DNA of 64,000 bases. It comes from Centroscyllium fabricii. Its lineage: Eukaryota. The notes below the pieces were generated by a model, which saw only the letters and a list, made by a program, of their open reading frames with translations, had not been told where the DNA came from and did not search any database. The stretch spans positions 282,906,001 through 282,970,000 of the forward strand of contig JBNRSN020000006.1 in NCBI GenBank assembly GCA_051313645.2, written 5' to 3'. The translations under genes and the position numbers were made by a program. This document shows, piece after piece, positions 50,698-62,748 of this stretch (positions are counted from its first letter, which is position 1; the number at the start of each line of letters is the position of its first letter).

Positions 50698-52566
50698 TGT
50701 GGGAAAGTGCGAGGTTCTCCACTTTGGAAGGAAAAATTAAAAAGCAAATTATTATTTAAATGGAGAGAGATTACAAAATGCTGCCATTCAGAGGGTCCTG
50801 GGGGTCCTTGTGCATAGAATCATAGAATCCCTACAGTGCAGATAGAGGCCATTTCGGCCCATCGAGCCTGCACCGACACATATCCCACCCTACCCCCGTA
50901 GCCCCACATATTCAATCCCCCTAACACAAAGGGTCAATTTATCATGGCCAATCAACCTAACCCGCACATCTTTGGACTGTGGGAGGAAACCGGAGCACCC
51001 GGAGGAAACCCACGCAGACACGGGGATAATGTGCAAACTCCACACAGATAGTCACCTGAGGCCGGATTTGAACCCGGGTCTCTAGCGCTGTGAGGCAACA
51101 GTGCTAACCACTATGCCACCGTGCCACCCATGAAACACAAAAGGTTAGCATGCAGGTACAGCAAGTAATTAGGAAGGCAAATGGAATGTTGGCCTTTATT
51201 GCAGGGGGGTGGAGTATAAAAGCAGGGAAGTCCTGCTACAACTGTACAGGGTATTGGTGAGCCCACACCTTGAGTATTGCGTACAGTTTTGGTCTCCTTA
51301 TTTAAGGAAGTATATACAGTACAGGTTGTGCACCGAAAATCCGTGACCCGAAACACCGGCAGCTTCAGTCTGCCGGAACAAATTGCCCCGACTGCACTGC
51401 GCATGCGCAAGATGGCAGCCGCGATCGCGGCTTCGGCGAATGATCTGCGCATGCGCCGCCGAACGGCGAGCGCATGCGCAGATCATTCAAAACGGCTGCC
51501 GGGTGTTTTGAATGATCTGCGCATGCATCGCCGGACGGCTAGCACATGCGCAGATCATTCAAAACGGCCGCCAGGCCTTCCGTGGCGGTGATCAATTAAA
51601 AAAATCTTTCGTACACCAAAATTTGTGTAAACAATTTAAACTCATGTCCTCCACTCAAATCCTAGAAAATGTTCCTGTACAGATAAAGAAAAGCAATCAA
51701 ATCACTGGTCTCCAGCTTCATCTCAATGTTTCTTCATCTGAGAAGTCAGTATCTCACACCAATCCCAGCACCGAAACCAGAGTAGTAGTGTGCTCTGAAG
51801 TGATGAATGGCCAATTCGCGATAGGGCTCACTTCAGGTCCAACAATCAAGGGGAAGCGCGCGTTTCCTGGAGCAGCCTGCTGGCCGTCAGCTGAGACTCC
51901 ACAAAGACGTTCGGCCATTTCCAATGTTGTGCGCATGCGCGCGGCCATTTTGCCTAGTGCGCGCATGCGCACTGGCCGACTTCATTCTGCCGGTTTTTTC
52001 ACTTTCCCGGCATGGGCCTGGTCCCGCCCGTGCCGGATTTCCGGTGCGCAACCTGTACTTACATTGGAGGCAGTTCAGAGACGATTCACTAGGTTAATTC
52101 CAGAGATGAGGGGGTTGACTTATGAAGAACGGTTGAGCAAGGTGGGCCTATACTCACTGGAATTTAGAAGAATGAGAGGTGATCTTATTGAAACATATAA
52201 GATACTGAGGGGGCTCAACAAGGTAGATGCAGAGAGGATGTCTCCCCCTCGTGGGGAAATCTAGAACTCGGGGGCATAATTTCAGAATAAAGGGTCGCCC
52301 TTTTAGAACTGAGATGAGGAGGAATTTCTTCTCTCAGGGGGTTATAGATTTGTGTAATTCTCTGCCCCAGAGAGCCGTGGAGGCTGGGTGATTAAATACA
52401 TTTAAGGTGGAGAGAGACAGATATTTGCAAGATAAGGGAGCGAAGGGGTATGGGGAACAGACAGGGAAGTGGCTTTGAGCCCAAGATCAGCCATGATCTT
52501 ATTAAATGGCGGAGCAGGCTCGAGGGGCCAAGTGGCCTATTCCTGCTCCTATTTCTTATGTTCTTA
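50698..52566 (+). mobile_element. CR1 (HER1-type) 3' fragment containing a V-SINE (50812-51128, minus) and a MITE
   Basis: KCEVLHFG..., LEAVQRRFTRLIPEMRGLTYEERL; tail TTCTTATGTTCTTATG. Confidence 0.9.
51322..52055. mobile_element. Tigger4/Zombi-like MITE with unrelated interior
   Basis: TIRs CAGGTTG(T/C)GCACCG, TA flanks. Confidence 0.85.
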
Positions 52567-54139
52567 TGTCATGGACAGATGCATCTGCGACAGGTAGATT
52601 GGGGAAGATGAGGTCAAGTAGGTTTTTTCCTTGTGTTGGTTCTCTCACCTCCTGTCGCAGGCCCAGACGGGCAGCTATGTCCTTCAGGACTCGGCTAGCT
52701 CGGTCAGTAGTCATGCTACCGAGCCACTCTTGGTGATGGACATTGAAGTCCCCTACCCAGGGTACATTCTGTGCACTTGCTACTCTCAGTGCTTCTTTCA
52801 AGTGGTGTTCAACATGGAGGAGTACTGATTCATCAGCTGAGGGAGGGCGGTAGGTGGTAATTAGCAGGAGGTTTCCTTGCCCATGCTTGACCTGAAGCCT
52901 GGGGTCTGGAGTCAATGTTGAGAACTCCTAGGCCCACTCCTTCCTGACTGTATGCCACTGTGTCCCCACCCCTGGTGGGTCTGTCCTGCCGGTGGGACAG
53001 GACATACCCAGGGATGGTGATGGAGGAGTTTGGGACATTGGCTCAAAGGTATGATTCGGTGAGCATGACTATGTCAGGCTGCTGCTTGACAAGTCTGTCG
53101 GACAGCTCTCCCAATTTTGGCACAAGTCTCCAGATGTTGGTGAGGAGGACTTTGCAGGGTCGACTGGGCTGGGTGTGCCATTGCCGTGTCCGTAGCCGGT
53201 GCCGAGGTCGATGCCGGGTGGTCTATCCGGTTTCATTCTTATTATGTTTCGCAGCAGTGTGTTACAACTGAGTGGCTTGATCGGCCATTTCAGAGAGCAG
53301 TTAAGAGTCAACCACATTGCTGTGGGTCGGGAGTCACATGTAGTCCAGACCAGGTAAGGACGGCAGATTTCCTTCCCTAAAGGACATTAGTGAACCAGAT
53401 GGGGTTTTATGACAATCCAACAGATTGCTTCCATTTGGTTGACAAGACAGGAACAAGAGGGCACAAGTACAAGATACTGACAAAAACAATTGAAGGGGAG
53501 GTGAGAAAATAAAGTCTTTACAGGAGAGGGTGCTCAGACTGTGAAATTCTCTAACAAACAATTGCTGAAGCAGAAGCCATAAGTGTTATGGATTTAGGTA
53601 CTTGCTTAAATAGCGGAATATTTAATGCTCGTGGAGCACGCAGGAGAGTGAGAGAACCAGGCTCATGGAGCAAAAGACTAGCGCGCACTTGTTGGGCTGT
53701 ATAGCCTACTTCTGTGTATTATAATAAATAAGACACGTATCTGTTGCACGCCATCTTCAGTGTGCAAGATAAATTGTTGCTTTTGAGCACGGTGATCTTC
53801 AACTTATCAAAGTTCTTTTGGGGAGCAGAAGCCAGAGGAGACACCATTCCTCACCACCCCACCCACAACTAGTCCTGCCAAGGAAGAAGTAGCAAATCTC
53901 ACTTGGAGGAGTGGGCCGAACTTTATTTCGGCCTTTGGCACTACTGTATAGTAAAGCGATGGCACATTTCCAGGAACAGCTCTTTTAAAAGAACTTACTA
54001 AATAAACATTTACCATAGAGGTGTCTATTTTTAATTCTAAAAAGTATTTATAAACATTCAATTCTTGGGGTAATGCTGGAGCAAAGACTGAATTCAACAG
54101 TGTTGATAACAATGCTGCATGTGACATCATAAAAGCTCT

Positions 54140-54537
54140 TAGAAACATAGAAACTAGGAGCAGGAGTAGGCCATTCGGCCCTTCGAGCCTGCTCCGCCAT
54201 TCAATGAGATCATGGCTGATCATCCAAACCCAGTACCCCGCCCCTGCCCTCTCCCTATATCCCTCGATCCCTATCGAGCCTGCACCGACACATATCCCAC
54301 CCTATCCCCGTAACCCCACATATTCAATCCCCCTAACACTAAGGGTCAATTTATCCTGGCCAATCAACCTAACCCGCACATCTTTGGACTGTGGGAGGAA
54401 ACCGGAGCACCCGGAGGAAACCCACGCAGACACGGGGAGAATGTGCAAACTCCACACAGATAGTACCCGAGGCTGGATTTGAACCCGGGTCTCCAGTGCT
54501 GTGAGACAGCAGTGCTAACCACTGTGCCACAGTGCCC
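54140..54537 (-). mobile_element. HE1-like V-SINE
   Basis: Full head, V-domain, CR1 tail. Confidence 0.92.
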
Positions 54538-55364
54538 CATGCCATTGATATAAAAATTTACTTATCAAGGCACTTAAAGAATTTACAAGATTAAAAACAG
54601 TGAAATTGATGCTTTTTTAAAAAAAAGCACGGACTTCAACACCTCTCCTGATCATTTTTGATGGGATGCTATTCATGAAAAATATGCAAAAGTTGGGAGG
54701 ATAAAAAGTATCTTGATGCCACCATATGCATGTGTCCCTATAAAACTTTTAAACTATTTTCATCATCATGCTGCGTGTTTACAAGTGAAAAAAGATTTTC
54801 CGAAAACCTTCATAAAGATGGTTCCACTTTAAGTCAGGAATGCTGCGTTAAGTACATTCGTGGTCTCGGTTACATTAAAGTTTTCAATGCTCTTGTATTT
54901 TAACTCGCTAAATTGTTGTAACCAAAGCAAAGTCAACTTCGATATCAAGAGCAAAGCACAGGTGTAATGTGAGCCCCAAGAATAAACGATTAAAGATGAT
55001 TCCTAGTTCCATCTGTAACAAATGCAACTTGCCACTTTGTCAAGACCAGGGCTAAATGTACTAGGTTGTCTGGCCAAATGACAATTCAAGGTTAACTGCT
55101 ATTTCCAACATTTTAAAAACACTTGACTTGATTCAAAGCTTCCATATGGTACAATATCTGCCAATAGAGTAAATATACAGGTCCCAAAACAGCAGAGACC
55201 ACACATGCAAAAACAAATTCATGAAAAGCCTCAAATAATATTGTATGTTGCATAACTCATCTTCGAGCAAAGTAAAGTCAGTGACAATGAAAACAAAATA
55301 CAATCTTAGATCCCCAACTGTCCAATGACAGTCATGCATAATAGGAGCCAAGTTCAACACTTAC

Positions 55365-55505
55365 AGTTAAAGATTGTTGGAGGTGGGTGCTCGGTTACTA
55401 GCGGGCAGTTTTCTTCATCACTGTTATCTCCACAGTCATTTAGTTGGTTGCAAATCAGGTTTCCAAATTTCAAACAGTTGCCATTGGTGCAGTGGAATTT
55501 GCACT
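55365..55505 (-). CDS. ldlrad4: Internal coding exon (phase 1-1) of low-density lipoprotein receptor class A domain-containing protein 4
   Basis: CTTTTACAG acceptor, GTAAGT donor, 141 bp; (E)[46 protein letters not shown] matches my recollection of human LDLRAD4 [48 protein letters not shown]. Absent from the ORF track. Confidence 0.93.
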
Positions 55506-55859
55506 CTGTAAAAGAGCAGGTTATTATTTACTGTCATGCATCATCCATTGAAGTATTTCGTCCTCAATTCTCAACAGTCACCATTAAAAAGAACTTGCTA
55601 AATAAAGGATTATAAAAATGTCTATTTTGATTTCCAAAAAGTATTTATAACTATTTGCAATTTTGAATGTTTTGCAGTGAAATACTATAACAGGTAAAAT
55701 TGCAAGTTACTAAATGACCTTTTCAACAATCAGTTACAGCTAGTTGATATCCTTCTGTTCTGTTCATTTGAATTGCAGTTACTGTTATATAAGTAATCAC
55801 AGAAGCCAATATGTGGACAGCAGTTTCCTCTTTCTCTTTCATGCCTAGTATGAGTGGGG

Positions 55860-56420
55860 AGTCAGGAGTGTCTCACATCCCGACTCCCCAAAGCCTTTCC
55901 ACCATCTACAAGGCACAAGGCAGGAGTGTGAAGGAATACTCTCCACTTGCCTGGATGAGTGCAGCTCCAACAACACTCATGAAGCTAGACATCATCCAGG
56001 ACAAAGCAGCCCGATTGATTAGCACCCCATCAACCATCTTAAACATTCATTCCCTCCACCACCGGCGTACCGTGGCTGCACTGTGTACCATCTATAAGAT
56101 GCACTGCAGCAACTCGCCAAGGCTTCTTCAGCAGCACCTCCCAAACCCGTGACCTCTTCCAGCTTGAAGGACAAGGGCAGCAGACGCATGGGAACACCAC
56201 CACCTCCAAGTCACACACCATCCTGACTTGGAAATAAATCGCCACTCGTTCATCATCGCTGGGTCAAAATCCTGGAACTCCCACCCTAACAGCACTGTGG
56301 GAGCATCTTCACCACACGGACTGCTGCGGTTCAAGGCAGCGGCTCACCACCACCTTCTCAAGGGCAATTAGGGATGGGCAATAAATGCTGGCCTGGCCAG
56401 CGACGCCCACATCCCATAAA
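55860..56420 (+). mobile_element. CR1-clade LINE 3' fragment (family of 47690-53420)
   Basis: STIYKAQGRSVKEYSPLAWMSAAPTT; same 3' UTR. Confidence 0.88.
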
Positions 56421-56824
56421 CAAATTTTTAAAAACATATGAGACGACCCATTTCTTCCACTACTGTTACATCCAGCAGATAGTTCTCTGGGTTGTTTACG
56501 AAGAAAAACCCTTTTAACATCGGCAGATCATTAGCCTGGCTCTCAGCTCCCTGCCTAGACGCGATGGGGGTCGTCACTGCACTCCCATCGAACACAAGCA
56601 CCCAACTGGAATTGAACCCTGTATTCAGAGACCGTAACTGTCATCTCTGCTCGCCAGGGCTAAAAATTAGATTAATAACCAGCTCATAATCACCAGGACA
56701 TAGAAAACCTGCAAAGGGACATAGATAGGCTAAGTGAGTGGGCAGAGATTTGGCAGATGGAATATAATACTGGAAAGTGTGAGGTCATGCACTTTGGCAG
56801 GAAAAATCATAGAGCAAGTTATTT

Positions 56825-58049
56825 GTCCAGAAATTGCAGTCTGCGCATATTGGGTTTAAGCTCTGGTGCGAGTGCGCCAGAGCTTAAACCCGCAGGAAGC
56901 AGCCGGTAGCGCAGCTTCGGGTTTTCCTATGCCGGCCAGCAGGGGGGGGTTGGAGTTCCTGCGAGGTCCAGCGCAGGAAGCATCGAACTACGGGGTGCGT
57001 CCAGTCATTCCGATATTTTTTTAAAGTATTTCTACGGACCAAGACCAGGATTTTCTACGCTGGGAAAAAGCAGTCGTAAGCAGCCGTTTTTATCTGGTAA
57101 GTATGTATTTTATTGATTTTAATTGTTGTTTTCTCAGGTTTTTAATTGTTGATAACTTTAAAGACAGGTAAGTATTTTTTTACATCTGTTGGAAGTTGAA
57201 AAAAAATTCTGTAAATTTTTATTTTTTCTTTAAAATAGGTTATTTGTGTTAGCTGGGGTAATGTTAAAAAAATGTGGTGTTTGTAAAATTTTATTTGTGT
57301 GTTTAGATGTCTTTTGGGCAATCTCTCCTTTCAAAGGGGCGGGCTGCTGATTGACAGGCCTGAAGAGTTTCAGTAGTAAGAAACCACTAAGCCTGATTGA
57401 CGGTTCTCAAGTGATTCCTTTCTTTCAATGTTGACACAGCATTGAACTGTCAAAGCCCAAAGTACACTTTGAAACCACAAAGCAAACACTTCAAGTGGCT
57501 CACTGTTTGTTTGTCATTTCAATGGAATGTAAACAGAAACTGATCCCCTGGGTGATTGACAGCTTGGCTCACAGACACAGCTCTGCAGCGCGATCTCAAT
57601 GGCAGGGACGCAGAAGGTGGTTAGTGATTTAAGCTTTTTGGGGCACTGCATTTTACCATCCTTGGGTGGCAGCTGCACCTCCAGCATAGTGGAGGCTAGC
57701 AAGCTGCTGTGTGCCTACTGTGCCCATGCCTTGAAGGTGGCAGTCACCCAGCCGAATGGGTGCCCGCCACCTTTCAACGGCGGGGTTCCCACCAGGCGGG
57801 TTTTGGGTGGGAAGAGGGTTAAAATAGCTGAGGGCCCTTAAAATAGGATTACCCATCCAATTAAGGGCCCTCAACGAGCTCATTCTGTATCCCCACCGGC
57901 AGGAAACATTCGGGGCGGCAAAACCCGCCCGAGGAAAATCGCAAATGGGCGGGGATCCGGCGGGGTGGCTTCCCGCCCACCGGAATTGCGATTTTACCCC
58001 CCGCCCCGTCGTAAACCCGCCCTCACGGCCCTCCGAAAATCGCCCCCCG
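56825..58049. mobile_element. Harbinger-type non-autonomous sequence (possibly chimeric)
   Basis: Left part resembles the 46281-47040 family; right part matches the subterminal sequence at 26500-26798. Confidence 0.55.
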
Positions 58050-59115
58050 CAAAATGTTAGTATGCAGGTGCAGCAGGTTATCAGGAAGGCCAATGGAATG
58101 TTGGCTTTTATTGCTACGGGGATCGAGTATAAAAACAGGGAGGACTTGCTGCAGTTGTACAGTGTATTGGTGAGACCAAACCTGGAATACTGCATACAGT
58201 TTTTAGTGTCCATATTTAAGAAAAGACATACTTGCTCTCGAGGCAGTACAAAGAAGGTTCACTCGGTTAATCCCGGGGATGAGGGGGTTGACATATGAGG
58301 AGAGGTTGAGTAGATTGGGCCTCTATTCGTTGGAGTTCAGAAGAATGAGAGGCGATTTTATTGAAACCTATAAGATTGTGAAGGGTCTTGATCGGGTGGA
58401 TGCGGTGAGGGTGTTCCCAATGGTGGGTGAAACTAGAACTAGGAGGCATAGTCTTAGAATAAGGGGCTGCCCTTTCAAAACTGAGATGAGGAGAAACTTC
58501 TTCACGCAGGGTGGTAGGTCTGTGGAATTTGCTGCCCTAGAGAGCTGTGGAAGCTACAACATTAAATAAATTTAAAACAGAGATAGACAGTTTCCCAGAA
58601 GTAAAGGGAATTAGGGGTTACAGGGAGCGGGCAGGGAAGTGGACGTGAGTCTAGGTTCGGATCGACCATGGTCCTGTGGGTGGTGGTGTGGGCCCGGGGT
58701 CCGTGTGGCCTGGTCCTGCTCCTATTTCTTGTGTTCTAATTCTATGTTAGATGTCAGGAGATGGTTCTTTTCACAGGGAGTAGTGGAGACCTCGGGAACA
58801 GGCTGCCAGCTGGAGCAGTGCGTGCTGATTCGCTCGAGTCCTTCATGAGTAAATTGGGCCTGTTCCTGGCTGGGGTGGCGATCACCTCTTACAGAAGGTA
58901 GGTTCTGCAGGAAATTCAGAGCCAGAGTGATCTCCTGGACGAGTTTCGATCGCCGAGATGGGTCGGAGAGGAATTTCCCAGATATTTTCCTCCCAAATTG
59001 GCCATTGGGTTTTTTATCTGGTTTTTCGCCTCTCCCGTGAGATCACATGGGTTCGGGTGGGATGGAGAGTGAAAGTAGATTTGAGGTTAGGATCAGATCA
59101 CCCATGATCTTATTG

Positions 59116-59258
59116 TAGCCATGATGTGGAGGTGCCGGTGTTGGACTGGGGTGGACAAATGTAAGAAGTCACACAACACCAGGTTATAGTCCAACAGTTA
59201 TATTTGAAATTTCAAATATAACTGTTGGACTATAATCTGGTGTTGTGTGACTTCTTAC
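59116..59258. mobile_element. Short Penelope foldback insertion
   Basis: ~100-bp palindrome centred on GAAATTTC; TSD ATGATCTTATTG. Confidence 0.85.
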
Positions 59259-59389
59259 ATGATCTTATTGAATGGTGGAGCAGGCTCAAGGGGCCGATTG
59301 GCCTAATCCCGCTCCTACTTCTTATGTGCTTATGTTTTCATCTTTTTGCAGTCACATTGGTTGGGAAAGGAATGTTGAGCAGGCTGCGA

Positions 59390-59630
59390 AGAGAACCCCT
59401 TGGTCTTCTGCAAATAGAGGCATTGTATTTTTTATGTCCACCTAGACCAGCAGAACAGGCACAATGGGTTTTGGTTGAATGCCTCAACTGAAAGACATCA
59501 CCTCTGACAATGCAGAAACCCCCCAGTACTGTATTGAAGCACCTTTCTTGATTACTTGCCTGAATCCTGGAGGATGGCTTGAACCCAAACATTTATGACT
59601 CAGGTGAAAGTGCTAACAACTGAGCCAAAC
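59390..59630 (-). mobile_element. Degraded Deu-domain SINE
   Basis: Similar to 1060-1308. Confidence 0.55.
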
Positions 59631-60462
59631 AGATTTTTTTTTAATTGTTTGAATAGTAAATACTGGTAACAGTTCAAAGACACCGAGTGTGGGATACTGA
59701 AGGAGCTGATTTAACATACATATCAGTTTAATACAGTTTCCTCATATCGTCAGACTCCATAAAGCTAGTATGCCCAAAATTACCATTTACTATTTAAACA
59801 TGTTAATATATTTTTTAAAATGACATGAGATCAAGAGAATGACGATTAATTATCTGCGCAATTGATTTTCAAAGGAGTCCAGATGGTGTCACACCTTTAT
59901 ATAAATTGTTTCTACTCCTGAGTAGGATTTCAGCTGTAACCCTCTCTCCCAGGTTTTGGCTTTCCACACCCATCCTCACAGAGCTAGATACTGAATTTGA
60001 CTCCCCCACCCACCCAACACTGGGCAAGATTTCAGCTTTCATTCATCTCCCCCACCTACTGAGCAATATTTCAGCCCTCCACCTCGTTCCACCGACGGAC
60101 GAGATTTCGGCCTTCAGCCCACTACTTCGGAGCTAAATTTCAGCCCTCAACTCTCAACACCGAGCAAAACTTTGACCACTTCCCATCCTGCTGGCTGTAT
60201 TTCCCATTCTAATCCACCCGCTGGCTGCCAATCACTCCGCACCCCCATCTCCCCCTTCCACTAACTGTAGTTGGCCCTCACAGGCTACCCCTGCCCCACT
60301 TTATTTCCCTTTTAGAGTAACCCCCCCTCCCCCAAATCTCTTTCCCATCCTCACACCCCACCTACCCGCTGTATTTCTCCTCCCCGATGGCTGCTGTTCT
60401 ATGCCTTCATTGTCATACCTTCGTTGATCTGGATCTGCTGATCTCACCTTCCTCGGCATAGA

Positions 60463-60858
60463 TAGAAACATAGAAGATAGGAGGAGTAGGCCATTCAGCC
60501 CTTCGAGCCTGCCCCGCCATTCGATGAGATCATGGCTGATCATCCAAACCCAGTACCCTGTCTCTGCCTTGTCCCCATATCCCTCGATCCCTATCGAGCG
60601 TGCACCGACACAAATCCCACCCTATCCCCGTAGCCCCACATATTGAATCCCCCTAACACTAAGGGTCAATTTATCCTGGCCAATCAACCTAACCCACACA
60701 TCTTTGGACTGTGGGAGGAAACCGGAGCACCCGGAGGAAACCCACGCAGACACGGGGAGAATGTACAAACTCCACACAGATAGTCACCCGAGGCTGGATT
60801 TGAACCCGGGTCTCCAGTGCTGTAAGGCAACAGTGCTAACCACTATGCCACCGTGCCG
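60463..60858 (-). mobile_element. HE1-like V-SINE
   Basis: Head, V-domain, CR1 tail. Confidence 0.92.
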
Positions 60859-61429
60859 CACTCTTCCCCTCTCCCTCCCAAGGTCTTCTCCTTCCCCGTC
60901 TCAGTCACTCTCTGTTCCCTACTCAACAAATTCCTATGCACCTCCTCTTTCCCCTACTCAATAAATCTTACCCGTAGTTTATGGTCTTAACTATAGAGTT
61001 AATTCTTCCACCTAGCAAAGTAAAGGAAATTATGTGGTATATGCAGCATGCTGGAATATAGTAACAAGAGTACCCTTTGCAACCCCTGGGCTCATTATAT
61101 ATCATCAGGGTATTGGGCAAGTAACGGCGTCCAGTCAGGGGGAGAGCAGGCATGCTTACAGGAATTGTCTGTGATGTTGAAAAATATCTACTGTAAAAAC
61201 TCAATCTAACAACAAGCATTTATAGATCAAAAACAGCACAGGCAAAATGTAGGCTTAACTTCCCACTTGCTGTATAGCCATTTTTATAGTGCTCTTTGAA
61301 GGAGATTTCTAAACTGTACCTAATTAGGGACAGCTTTGTCGAAGTCACATCCAAATCGAACCAGGTTGAGATTGCCTAAACTCATTTTACATGGGACCAT
61401 TCCATGTGTATGAGCGGCAGTGAGAGAGA

Positions 61430-61722
61430 GATTTAAAACAGAAATAGACAGTTTCCTAGAAGTTAAAGGGATTAAGGGTTACGGGGAGCGGGCAGGAATT
61501 TGGACATGAGGCCAGATCGGTCATGGCCCTGTGGGTAGTGGAGCGGGCCCAGGGACCGTGTAGCCTGATCCTGCTCCTATTTTGTGTGTCTAATTCTGTT
61601 AGATTCAGGAGATGGTTCTGTGATAGTAGATTGGTTGTTAGGATCAGATCAGCCATGATCTTATTGAATGGCGGAGCAGGCTCGAGGGGCCGATTGGCCT
61701 ACTCCTGCTCCTATTTCTTATG
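61430..61722 (+). mobile_element. CR1 3' end with duplicated tail
   Basis: Homologous to 58570-58760 joined to 59075-59335. Confidence 0.75.
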
Positions 61723-61914
61723 TTATTATCCCATAAACACTGAAGAACCACCAGAGGACTGGAGGATGGCAAATATTCAAAAAGGAGACAGACACAAACC
61801 TGGTAATGACGAGTCAGTTAGTCTAATATCCATAGAGAAAAGTGCTTGCTAAGGAATGCTGCAAGTGATGCCTGTATATAGGGAACAGTTGATAAATTGT
61901 CTAGATAGATTGTA

Positions 61915-62155
61915 ATGTGGAGGTGCCGGTGTTGGACTGGGGTGGACAAATGCAACAAGTCACACAACACCAGATTTATAGTCCAACGGTTTTATTTTAA
62001 ATCACAAGCTTTCGGAGCTTTTGCCCCTTCGTCAGGTGAACAAAGAGAGACTGAACTCAAAGATCACACATGGGGGAGGGGAGAAATCCGATCTCATACA
62101 CCTAACCCTAGAGCACACAAAGGCATATTAGCATATTTTAACACCTCAGATTGAG
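61915..62155 (-). mobile_element. Penelope pLTR with intact hammerhead (62002-62039)
   Basis: Reverse complement of ~2450-2703; minus strand TCAC-CTGACGA-A-GGGGC-AAAA-GCTCC-GAAAGCTT-GTGA. Confidence 0.85.
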
Positions 62156-62414
62156 ACCTGCTTTAATAACATAAGCAAGGTGATAAATGGAAAATACACT
62201 GCCTGGGAAAAAAGTCAACAATGGGGATCCATTCTGGTTCTTCTGTCACTTAGGATATTGGTGAATGGCATGGAACAGGGTGTCTGTAGTTTGGTGTCAA
62301 CAGCTATATGGTGAGGTGTCAAATTTCAATTTCTTTGGCCAAATTTCTGTGGAAAGGATCTGGATATAAATTATTTTTAAATGTGTCATGTTAAAGCTGG
62401 TTTTATAGGGGTTT

Positions 62415-62660
62415 AGTTAATGTTTCAGGTCGATGACCTTTTGTCAGAACTGGAAAAAGTTAGAGATATAGCAGGTTTTTAAGCAAGTGCAGAGGCAGGG
62501 AAAGGGGGGAGGGGAGGAAAGAACAAAAGGGAAGGTCTGTGATCGGGTGGAAGGCAGGAGAGATTAAATGACAAAAGGTACGATTGTACAAAGCAAAAGG
62601 AGATGGTAATAGACAAGTAAAGAAAAACGAGATTGGTCTAGAAGTGATGTAAATGTGAAT
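62415..62660. mobile_element. Penelope pLTR fragment (second family), degenerate hammerhead
   Basis: TGTTTCAGGTCGATGACCTTTTGTCAGAAC, similar to 30050-30084 with the core mutated. Confidence 0.6.
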
Positions 62661-62748
62661 AGCAGAGTCCTTTCAAAATCAAGGTCAACAATTTCAGACC
62701 ATAACCTCTGCCCTCATTTTTTCAGATGGTAGCTGTTGATGATTCTGG

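Larger units (their letters stand above)
47690..53420 (-). mobile_element. Second CR1-clade LINE family (divergent from HER1), endonuclease + RT, multiply interrupted
   Basis: TTYRPPS, VGDFNVHHQEW, LLDLI; KAMGPENI; [15 protein letters not shown]; IYKAQLRSVMEYSPLAW. Confidence 0.88.
56697..59335 (+). mobile_element. CR1 (HER1-type) 3' fragment with composite 3' UTR, interrupted
   Basis: LQRDIDRLSEWAEIWQME; QVQQVIRKANGML; MRGLTYEERL. Confidence 0.85.

Noticed and set aside
51790-51840. C/D snoRNA (GTGATGA)
   Set aside because: No D box and terminal stem arrangement that I could support
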